From assembly GCA_044236265.1 (NCBI GenBank), contig JBIIGV010000073.1, positions 1 to 14,122 on the forward strand: a DNA stretch of 14,122 bases, read 5' to 3'. The stretch comes from Oligoflexales bacterium. Lineage in GTDB: Bacteria > Bdellovibrionota_B > Oligoflexia > Oligoflexales > RGVZ01. This document shows positions 7,902-14,122 of the stretch, in pieces (the first letter of the stretch is position 1; every line of letters begins with the position of its first letter). Position numbers and translations under genes: made by a program. The notes under the pieces were generated by a model. It was not told the origin of the DNA and searched no databases. It worked only from the letters and a program-made list of their open reading frames with translations.

Positions 7902-7956
7902 AAGGTTTAATTAATCAGCGCCAATGGAATAGACTCAATAAAAAACGAGGAGCTAA

Positions 7957-8322
7957 ATGCAGATAATTCGTGGCAAAGAGATTGTGCACAAGAATCCTAG
8001 CCAAACCAAAGACTATCCGTACGCCCTATCGTCAATCTTATTTGAAACAGATCAACTATTTGTTTCTAGTGAACTTTTAGGACCTGGAAAGAAGGCGTCT
8101 GCCCCCCATCGGCATCAACTTCAAGACGAGATAATCCTGGTGACCAAAGGCGAGCTACAAGTTTTTGAAGGAACGGAAAAAGCCACTCTCGCTGGTGGGG
8201 ACTACGTTTGCTTTGCGGCAAATTCGCAGAACGATCATTATATTGAAAATAATTCGGAAAAGGACGCCCAGTTTATTTTGATTAGAAGAAGTAAGCATCT
8301 CCATGGAGACGTTCGGTATTAA
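7957..8322 (+). CDS. Cupin-domain protein
   Basis: GAGGAG RBS. Cupin motifs PG...PHRHQLQDEIILVTKGEL and GDYVCFAANSQNDHYIEN. Confidence 0.9.
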   Translation: MQIIRGKEIVHKNPSQTKDYPYALSSILFETDQLFVSSELLGPGKKASAPHRHQLQDEIILVTKGELQVFEGTEKATLAGGDYVCFAANSQNDHYIENNSEKDAQFILIRRSKHLHGDVRY

Positions 8323-8326
8323 AAAA

Positions 8327-8416
8327 ATGGAAAACAGTCGGATGGTACCAATTAAAATTTTTTATGACGCATTTTGCGCACGAGATGGCGAAACGATGGC
8401 ATCGCTCTACGCCGAT
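8327..8416 (+). pseudogene. Truncated duplicate of the first 30 codons of the SnoaL-like gene at 9899-10375
   Basis: MENSRMVPIKIFYDAFCARDGETMASLYAD versus MKNSQMAPIKSFYDAFCARDGETMASLYAD. Similarity stops at 8416, 5 bp before an L arm of the repeat. Confidence 0.9.
8331..8354 (+). repeat. Lone R arm of the 70-bp repeat (inside the duplicated SnoaL 5' end)
   Basis: AAAACAGTCGGATGGTACCAATTA, 21/24 match to TAATCAGTCGGATGGCACCAATTA. Confidence 0.85.
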
Positions 8417-8421
8417 AAAGC

Positions 8422-8440
8422 TAATTGGTGCCACCCATTA
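8422..8440 (+). repeat. Lone L arm of the 70-bp repeat with a 5-bp internal deletion
   Basis: TAATTGGTGCCACCC followed by ATTA, i.e. the L arm lacking GACTG. Confidence 0.85.
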
Positions 8441-8542
8441 ATAACTGGCAAACAACGCCGACGTCGTTATGACTGCCAAGCATATCTCGATATACTGACA
8501 AGAGATACGACAACTCGGAGTGGGTAGATGGCGTCCTTATTT

Positions 8543-8923
8543 CTACTGCAAGTCGACGTGAGAATGACGTTTCAATGCATCCAGCGATACATAATCCAAA
8601 GCTTTGATATCCGTTGCCTGCAAATCTACTTTCGGCGCACGGTCAGCAACAAAAGCTTCCTGCCATCGCTGAGCGCAAAGACACCAGCGATCATTTGGTT
8701 TGAGTCCAGGGAAAGAATTCCTTGGACTCGGAGTGATGAGATCGTTGCCTTTTCGAAGGCTAAAATCTAAAAACTCTTGCGTAACAATTGCACAGATTGT
8801 GTGCCTGCCAAGATCCTGATCGTCAGTGCGACAAAAACCATCGCGAAAAAAACCGGTCTTAGGATCATCGCAGCAACTCTTTAAAGGCTGGTTTAAGACG
8901 TTTATTTTTAAAGGTTTATTCAC
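8543..8923 (-). CDS. DUF2237 family protein
   Basis: GTG start with GAGG RBS. Family signature NVLNQPL..C..DPKTGFFRDGFC.T...DLGRHTICA..T.EFL.FS...GNDL.TP.P...FPGLKP.DRWCLCA.RW. Confidence 0.95.
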   Translation of the reverse strand: MNKPLKINVLNQPLKSCCDDPKTGFFRDGFCRTDDQDLGRHTICAIVTQEFLDFSLRKGNDLITPSPRNSFPGLKPNDRWCLCAQRWQEAFVADRAPKVDLQATDIKALDYVSLDALKRHSHVDLQ

Positions 8924-9048
8924 CTAATACCTCAAATTAATTGTATGAATCGAACGGACTGTCTGTTCACACCATTTGTAGTACTTATTGAGAGTAAAAT
9001 AAAGTATGGTCGCGTCACAAAAACTACTTTGATAAAAGTCTCAAAACA

Positions 9049-9354
9049 TTGGGTATAACGAAATCACTTAAAGCTAAATTAGCACTCTTTTCCCCTGAAG
9101 ATCTTTCGAGGATGGTCAGGATGGGATGGGAGGACAGGACATCCTTTGAGGCCATCTATACTCAGTTCAATTTGACACCGAACGAGTTTGTCAAAGTCAT
9201 GCGAACTCAGCTCTCTCCTTCCGGGTTTAGGCTTTGGCGAAAGCGGATCTTTGAGAAAGGGCATCTTAAAAACGAAAAGAAGCGCGGGTACAAAATTTTA
9301 CGCTTCAAGTGTTCGAGTCAGTCAATCGACGGACAAATAAAGGGCAAGAAATAG
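9049..9354 (+). CDS. TIGR03643 / DUF2805 family protein
   Basis: Signature RMVRMGWEDRTSFEAIYTQFNL....VKVMRTQLSPSGFRLWRKRI. The TTG start is uncertain. Confidence 0.88.
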   Translation: MGITKSLKAKLALFSPEDLSRMVRMGWEDRTSFEAIYTQFNLTPNEFVKVMRTQLSPSGFRLWRKRIFEKGHLKNEKKRGYKILRFKCSSQSIDGQIKGKK

Positions 9355-9771
9355 TCCATCTGAAATAAAATGGTTTCTAGCGCATCGCGCTGCTTGAGAG
9401 GTCACGGCCCCGATTGGCTCATCAGACGAAGCTTCATAACCGTCGTCTCTTTTTGCTTCAATCACTGCACGATAAAAAGTTCGCCCGTTGACTTTCTTAG
9501 CCTTTGATTTATCGAGATTCGACTCAACAATCACATTGAAACCGGTAAGCTTTGCTCGTAGTTCCTCACCGACTGTAAAATATAGCGATGCGCCAGATTC
9601 ATTTTCGAGTTTACCCGAGCATTCCCACTTAGTGCCGCTATTGGTGGACAAAACTACGGACTGAGTTTCAGTATTTTCGCGAAAGAGGCAACAAAGGGAG
9701 CGCGAAATATTCGGAATTACCACACTAGTCTTAATTGCCAATAACACGTCATAGTCACGTCTTCTACACAT
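9322..9771 (-). CDS. Hypothetical protein, possibly degraded; both ends uncertain
   Basis: 149-aa ORF filling an otherwise empty gap, with a protein-like central part. No clear RBS, and its 3' end overlaps the convergent TIGR03643 gene by 33 bp. Confidence 0.4.
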   Translation of the reverse strand: MCRRRDYDVLLAIKTSVVIPNISRSLCCLFRENTETQSVVLSTNSGTKWECSGKLENESGASLYFTVGEELRAKLTGFNVIVESNLDKSKAKKVNGRTFYRAVIEAKRDDGYEASSDEPIGAVTSQAARCARNHFISDGLFLALYLSVD

Positions 9772-9796
9772 GAAGATCTTTCGCGTGAAACAGCGC

Positions 9797-9810
9797 TGAT
9801 TGGTGCCACT
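9797..9810 (+). repeat. 14-bp tandem stutter of the L-arm terminus
   Basis: TGATTGGTGCCACT directly before TAATTGGTGCCACC of copy 3. Confidence 0.8.
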
Positions 9811-9880
9811 TAATTGGTGCCACCCGACTGATTAAGCGATACATTTGGAAAATGAATAATCAGTCGGATGGCACCAATTA
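9811..9880 (+). repeat. 70-bp palindromic repeat, full copy 3 (closest to consensus)
   Basis: TAATTGGTGCCACCCGACTGATTA agcgatacatttggaaaatgaa TAATCAGTCGGATGGCACCAATTA. The arms are reverse complements at 23/24 positions. Confidence 0.95.
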
Positions 9881-9898
9881 CGAATCGTATTAAATAAA

Positions 9899-10375
9899 AT
9901 GAAAAACAGTCAGATGGCACCAATTAAAAGCTTTTATGACGCATTTTGCGCACGAGATGGCGAAACGATGGCCTCGCTCTACGCCGATGACGTTGAATTT
10001 CAAGACCCAGTATTTCCTCAACTTCGCGGCGAATATGCAAAATCCATGTGGCGCATGCTGTGTGAAAAGGGAGCCGACCTGGCTGTCACATACGAAATAA
10101 TTTCATCAGACGGTGACACACACAAAGTCCGTTGGGATGCTCGGTATACATTTACAGGAACAGGCCAACAAGTTCACAACAAGGTCCTGGCAACTTTAGT
10201 GATCAAAGATGGAAAGATTACAAAGCACACTGATCAATTCAGCTTCTGGCGATGGTCAAGGCAGGCATTGGGAGTTCCAGGACTTTTACTTGGATGGACG
10301 CCCGTGCTTCAGAAAAAAGTCCAAAATCGCGCCAGAAAATCTCTTGAAGCCTACATGGCGCAAAAAAAGAATTAG
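9899..10375 (+). CDS. SnoaL-like / NTF2-family protein
   Basis: 158 aa. FYDAFCARDGETMASLYADDVEFQDPVF...MWRML...WDARYTFTGTG..VHN.V......DGKI..H.D.FSFWRWSRQALG..GLLLGW is typical of this subfamily. Confidence 0.93.
   Translation: MKNSQMAPIKSFYDAFCARDGETMASLYADDVEFQDPVFPQLRGEYAKSMWRMLCEKGADLAVTYEIISSDGDTHKVRWDARYTFTGTGQQVHNKVLATLVIKDGKITKHTDQFSFWRWSRQALGVPGLLLGWTPVLQKKVQNRARKSLEAYMAQKKN
9903..9926 (+). repeat. Lone R arm within the first codons of the SnoaL-like gene
   Basis: AAAACAGTCAGATGGCACCAATTA (21/24), preceded by AAAATGA as in the repeat spacer. Confidence 0.85.
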
Positions 10376-10392
10376 TCGGATGGGACCAATTA
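10369..10392 (+). repeat. Lone R arm containing the SnoaL stop codon, at the convergent SnoaL/VanX junction
   Basis: GAATTAGTCGGATGGGACCAATTA (21/24), followed by a short AATTA stutter that contains the VanX stop on the minus strand. Confidence 0.85.
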
Positions 10393-10394
10393 AA

Positions 10395-11159
10395 TTACTG
10401 GACGGGTTCTGTAAAATAACGATCCGTAAATGGCTCTTCGGCGAGCGTGTAGTGCCACCATTCTTTTTCGTAGTTTTTAAAGCCTGCCTGCTCCATGACA
10501 GTCTTTAGTAACAATCGATGGGCACGCGACGCGGGCGTAATCTGATCGTCTGCTGTATAAGAGCGTTCATCAAAACAATCAAAGGATGTCCCCATATTGA
10601 GTGAGCCATCACGGTCATAGAGGCCCGGAACCGTAAAGCATGATCCTGAAGGCACAGACGCCAAAGGCTTCGTAACACCGGCAGGAGCAATCGTTAGATC
10701 AATGGTACTTCCCCGAGAGTGGCCCGACTTTTCTGCGATGTAGCCACGCTCAAATAGCTTTTCGATATTTTCCTTAGGATAGTAAAAGCGTTTTAGCCTT
10801 GGATTATCTCTGCCCTTAGCCCAAGCCATGAAAGCCGTCACCGCTTCCTGCGGTCTATAACAATCATATGCCTTTAGACTAAGGCCCATAGTCTTTAATA
10901 CGGCCTGCGCCTTGGCTAGACCGATCGCGGCCTGACTTGTGAGAAGGCACTTTGAAGCCTTATAGCCAGGGACCACTTTACCGGTAAAGTTTGCAGAACC
11001 TGCGTAGCGAGCATCGACCATGATGGTTGAGTCGATGTCTTTAATGTCGACAAAGATAGCCTTTTTATCCGATGATCGAGCGTCAGAGGCCTCCTCAGCA
11101 GTTGCCTCAAAGGAGAATCCACAGGCTATGCACATCATAAGACTAAAAATTTTTTGCAT
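10395..11159 (-). CDS. D-alanyl-D-alanine dipeptidase (M15 metallopeptidase, VanX/DdpX-like) with signal peptide
   Basis: Motifs RYA..NFTG..VPGY, YDCYRP, SGHSRGSTIDLT, MGTSFDCF and EWWHY. Start reassigned to the ATG at 11159 (GGGGG RBS, signal-peptide-like MQKIFSLMMCIACGFSFEATA). Confidence 0.93.
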   Translation of the reverse strand: MQKIFSLMMCIACGFSFEATAEEASDARSSDKKAIFVDIKDIDSTIMVDARYAGSANFTGKVVPGYKASKCLLTSQAAIGLAKAQAVLKTMGLSLKAYDCYRPQEAVTAFMAWAKGRDNPRLKRFYYPKENIEKLFERGYIAEKSGHSRGSTIDLTIAPAGVTKPLASVPSGSCFTVPGLYDRDGSLNMGTSFDCFDERSYTADDQITPASRAHRLLLKTVMEQAGFKNYEKEWWHYTLAEEPFTDRYFTEPVQ

Positions 11160-11217
11160 GTCAGCCCCCACCACGAGATCAAGACTTCTGAATGTATCAC
11201 AAATCGAGGCATGAAAC

Positions 11218-12024
11218 ATGTGCTACAGCGCACTCGTCAAACAAGACCTTAAATATCTAGGCCGCCGCTACGGAGCCTTGGCTGTTAAAGAGCAGGTGGA
11301 TGCTTATACGGAGGCTAGCACTAAGAACCCAAAAGATTTCCCACCACTCAAAGAAAGAATTTATCCTGGCTACTACGCGCCAGTGATCTTTAATCAACAC
11401 GGCAAGCGAGTGAGCGAGGTCATGCGTTACGGAGCATTTCCCCCGACCCACATCAAAGACCCAAGCAAGTACTCATCTTTTAATGCCAGACGAGATAACC
11501 TCACGAGCACCTTTTGGGGTAACGCCTTCATGAAGCATCACGGCGTGGTGGTGTTAAACGGATTTTACGAATGGGTGGCTGTAAAAGATCTTCTTACGGC
11601 TGGCGTGGTAAGACTAAGTGACATTGAAAAAGAATTTGCACGACAAGCCGAGACGAGGAAACAAAAAATTATTTCTGAAGGAAAAATATGGAAGCCCACT
11701 CCCACAGAAAAAAAGCCCGCCATTGACCGGCAAATCATCATTGAGTTCAAGCCAGAAGACGGCAACGATCTGATTGTACCCGTAATTTTTTCATATGCTC
11801 ACGAGGATCAAGATTTGGCGGGCAAAGCTGGCTTTGCAGTCATCACAGATGAACCCACCGCAGAAATCGAACAGGCCGGACACGACCGCTGTCCCATCAT
11901 CTTAGATGAACAAGACATCGACTCGTGGCTAAACCATGACGGCATGTCAGCTGAATTATTTCAAAGCTTTCTCGAGAAGAGGCGACGCGTCACATTTAGG
12001 CATGGACTAGCCATTGCCGCGTAG
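11218..12024 (+). CDS. SOS response-associated peptidase (SRAP, YedK/HMCES family abasic-site protecting protein)
   Basis: GAGG RBS. N-terminal Cys2 (MCYSA), FNARRDNL, FYEW and HDRCPIIL. Confidence 0.93.
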   Translation: MCYSALVKQDLKYLGRRYGALAVKEQVDAYTEASTKNPKDFPPLKERIYPGYYAPVIFNQHGKRVSEVMRYGAFPPTHIKDPSKYSSFNARRDNLTSTFWGNAFMKHHGVVVLNGFYEWVAVKDLLTAGVVRLSDIEKEFARQAETRKQKIISEGKIWKPTPTEKKPAIDRQIIIEFKPEDGNDLIVPVIFSYAHEDQDLAGKAGFAVITDEPTAEIEQAGHDRCPIILDEQDIDSWLNHDGMSAELFQSFLEKRRRVTFRHGLAIAA

Positions 12025-12054
12025 CTCAAAGTCTTCCCGCGATTTAGTCACCAA

Positions 12055-12801
12055 TTAGCGAGTTTTCAGGGTTCCTAGTCCGCCGTCGATACCAATCGTC
12101 TGACCTGTGACCCAACTAGAGGCATCCGATAGCAGCCAAAGCATGGCTTCGACAACATCCTCTGGCTTTCCAAGTCTGCCGATCGGGTGCATGGACTCTG
12201 AGGCCTTACGAGATGGCTCACTGGCAAATAATCGCGAGGTGAGGGGAGTCTCCGTGAGTCCAGGAGAAATACAGTTAACCCTGATTTTGCTGCGAGCATA
12301 AGTCGCAGCAGCCGATACCGTAAGACCCATGACCGCACCCTTGGCTGCGGCAATGGCTTCATGGTTTTGTAAGCCAATTTGCGCCGCCGCAGAAGCCACC
12401 AGAATAATGCTTCCTCCCTGGTCCATCATGGCCTTGCCGGCAGCACGCGTTAATCCAAAAGCACTGGTTGCGTTAGCCGCCATGGTGGCTTCAAATTCTT
12501 TTTGTGTGGTCGCATGGGCCGATTTTAAAATCAAAGATCCCGTACAGCAGACCGCCCCGTTGATGGGGGCCACGGCCACTGCTGCATTCACAGCGTTTTC
12601 ATAACTTTCAAAATCAGCGCCGTCGATGACGGCCCCGGGAGCACCCAGCTCAGCCATAAGTCCATTCAGTTTTCCCTCATCTCGCGCCGCCAGAAAAACC
12701 TTCGCACCGTGACCCACAAGTCTTTTTGCCAGCAGGGAACCAATGCCTCCGGTGGCACCAGAAATAAAAAAATGCTTCCCACTTAAGCTTTCGTAAATCA
12801 T
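12055..12801 (-). CDS. Short-chain dehydrogenase/reductase (SDR)
   Basis: SGATGGIG cofactor motif, IRVNCISPGLTETPL, HPIGRLGKPEDV and SSWVTGQTIGIDGG. The YxxxK position reads HEAIAAAK. Confidence 0.95.
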   Translation of the reverse strand: MIYESLSGKHFFISGATGGIGSLLAKRLVGHGAKVFLAARDEGKLNGLMAELGAPGAVIDGADFESYENAVNAAVAVAPINGAVCCTGSLILKSAHATTQKEFEATMAANATSAFGLTRAAGKAMMDQGGSIILVASAAAQIGLQNHEAIAAAKGAVMGLTVSAAATYARSKIRVNCISPGLTETPLTSRLFASEPSRKASESMHPIGRLGKPEDVVEAMLWLLSDASSWVTGQTIGIDGGLGTLKTR

Positions 12802-12804
12802 GGA

Positions 12805-13371
12805 TCACGGACCTTTCTCGTTAATTAGTGATTCGATCCTCTCGACAATTTCTTTACTTGTAGGATCGGCTGCAGATTTAAACCTGGCTGTCAGTTGGCC
12901 CTTGCGATTCACAAGAAACTTTTCAAAGTTCCAGTCAATCTCCCGCTTAAACTCTTTTCCAGCCGTATCGGTCAGATATCTAAACAAAGGAATCTTTTCA
13001 GGCCCAGACACAGGCACTTTCGCAAAAAGAGGGAAGTCTACTTTGTAATTTAGCTCGCAAAACTCTTTGATCTCCTTGTTTGACTTAGGCTCCTGTCCAC
13101 CAAAATCATTACTAGGGAAACCAAGAACCACAAGACCCTTGGACTTATACTTTGTGTAAACCTCTTCAAGACCTTTAAACTGAGGCGTAAAACCACAGCC
13201 AGACGCGGTGTTAACGATCAAAAGAACTTTGCCCTTATAAGCAGAAAGACTTTCAGTCTTTCCTTTAATGGTCTTCACGTCAAACTCATATACCGACTTG
13301 TCTAAGGCAAATCCAGCTGACGAAAAGAGAAGCCCCAAACTTAGCCCTAGTCCCATTGCAAAAGCTTTCAT
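12805..13371 (-). CDS. Cys-type glutathione peroxidase family protein with signal peptide
   Basis: VNTASGCGFTPQ, GFPSNDFGGQE and WNFEKF. The ATG at 13371 has a GGAGG RBS. The stop is 3 bp from the SDR start, suggesting an operon. Confidence 0.95.
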   Translation of the reverse strand: MKAFAMGLGLSLGLLFSSAGFALDKSVYEFDVKTIKGKTESLSAYKGKVLLIVNTASGCGFTPQFKGLEEVYTKYKSKGLVVLGFPSNDFGGQEPKSNKEIKEFCELNYKVDFPLFAKVPVSGPEKIPLFRYLTDTAGKEFKREIDWNFEKFLVNRKGQLTARFKSAADPTSKEIVERIESLINEKGP

Positions 13372-13468
13372 ATCAACCCTCCGAACACTCATGGTAAGAT
13401 GCTCGGCAGTGATTGTCTAAGTAAAAAGATTTCACAACGAATTGCATAAGTTCACCAGAGGAAAAAAC

Positions 13469-14122
13469 TTGCTAAAAACTCTTCTTAATAGCCTCAAAGG
13501 CACCGACTGGGAGATGCTCACAGACTTTGTCTCGCCAGTTTTTTTTGACGTCGTACCCACATTAGGCATGGCCAGTGTTTTTGCAAAGATTGCTAAAGAT
13601 TATGCAAATAAGCCATTGTTTAAAACTATCTGCGATGAGATCCAAAGCAAGATCGCAGACCCTCTTGCTGTAAAGCTTGCCCCCGGCGAGAAGACCGCCA
13701 ATAAAAGCTGGATTCAAGAGCTCTCGAACGACGATAAAAAAATCTTTGGAGAAAAAGTCTTACAGCTCTATTTTGCGCAATTATTTTCCTGTGACGTCAA
13801 TATCTTGGATCTTCGAGCGCAGTCATTTTCGTCAATGTCGACGTGGTCTCCCAACTCGATCTATTACCGCTGGAATCCGGAATTTAAAGGGGCCGTAAGC
13901 TTGATGTATAAGGGTTTTTATTTAGACGATCATGAAGCCTTCAAGACTGGCCTTCGCCAGATGAACCTGGAGCACGCGGCAGATATCTTTAGAGCTCACT
14001 TTGGCTCAGGAGATCAAGACGCGGTCGTCTTTAAGCTCTCTGAGTTTAAGAAGTCATTTCATTCAATTTTTGTTTCATGCAAGGAAAACCGCGCCAAGCT
14101 TCATCCTGATTTTTTTGCTCTT
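13469..14122 (+). CDS. Hypothetical protein, 3'-truncated by the window edge (absent from the ORF track)
   Basis: TTG at 13469 with GAGG RBS at 13458-13461. The frame is open for 218 codons to the end: MLKTLLNSLKGTDWEMLTDFVSPVFFDVVP...LQLYFAQL...LDLR...YKGFY...HFGSGDQ..V.F...LHPDFFAL. Confidence 0.8.
   Translation, partial: MLKTLLNSLKGTDWEMLTDFVSPVFFDVVPTLGMASVFAKIAKDYANKPLFKTICDEIQSKIADPLAVKLAPGEKTANKSWIQELSNDDKKIFGEKVLQLYFAQLFSCDVNILDLRAQSFSSMSTWSPNSIYYRWNPEFKGAVSLMYKGFYLDDHEAFKTGLRQMNLEHAADIFRAHFGSGDQDAVVFKLSEFKKSFHSIFVSCKENRAKLHPDFFAL

Noticed and set aside
8303..8527. 74-aa ORF as an intact gene
   Set aside because: It is a chimera of the cupin 3' end, the duplicated SnoaL fragment, an L arm and unrelated read-through sequence.
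6544..9880. 70-bp repeats as a CRISPR array
   Set aside because: The copies are 0.8-2.3 kb apart with whole genes between them, the unit is too long, and no cas genes are present.
6544..10392. Repeats as canonical integron attC sites
   Set aside because: No RYYYAAC/GTTRRRY ends (ends are TAAT/ATTA), arms pair without extrahelical bases, intervening genes lie on both strands, and no intI is in the window.
10395..11159. Vancomycin-resistance vanX call
   Set aside because: No vanH, vanA, vanR or vanS nearby, and the protein has a signal peptide. A generic M15 D-Ala-D-Ala dipeptidase is the supportable call.
131..13898. Remaining short ORFs antisense to or nested within the called genes
   Set aside because: They are shadow frames of well-supported genes and have no motifs or RBS support.
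5065..14122. Integrase-bearing island or prophage at ssrA
   Set aside because: No integrase, phage genes or repeated ssrA 3' end were seen within the window.

Overview
Bacterial chromosomal window, probably from a Bdellovibrionota/Oligoflexia-like organism (inferred from the tmRNA tag GNEYALAA and the many lipoprotein/secreted genes). The left part (1-4613) has co-oriented genes: a 5'-truncated multidomain protein, a receiver-like/PilZ protein, a trypsin-fold lipoprotein that appears to lack the catalytic triad, and two paralogous small Gly-rich lipoproteins. An intact tmRNA (ssrA, 4710-5064) follows. The right part is a patchwork of accessory/stress genes (LysR, M23 peptidase, YdeI/OmpD-associated, cupin, DUF2237, TIGR03643, SnoaL-like, VanX-like, SRAP, SDR, glutathione peroxidase). 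Between 6544 and about 12060 many gene junctions carry a 70-bp palindromic repeat that I do not recognise (24-bp arm, 22-bp spacer, 24-bp inverted arm; three full copies plus lone, stuttered or collapsed arms, all co-oriented). The arms overlap start or stop codons of adjacent genes. A repeat-bounded ~1.46-kb segment sits between the two copies of a ~100-bp direct duplication of the SnoaL 5' end. This suggests a repeat-delimited gene-cassette system. No recombinase or transposase is visible in the window.
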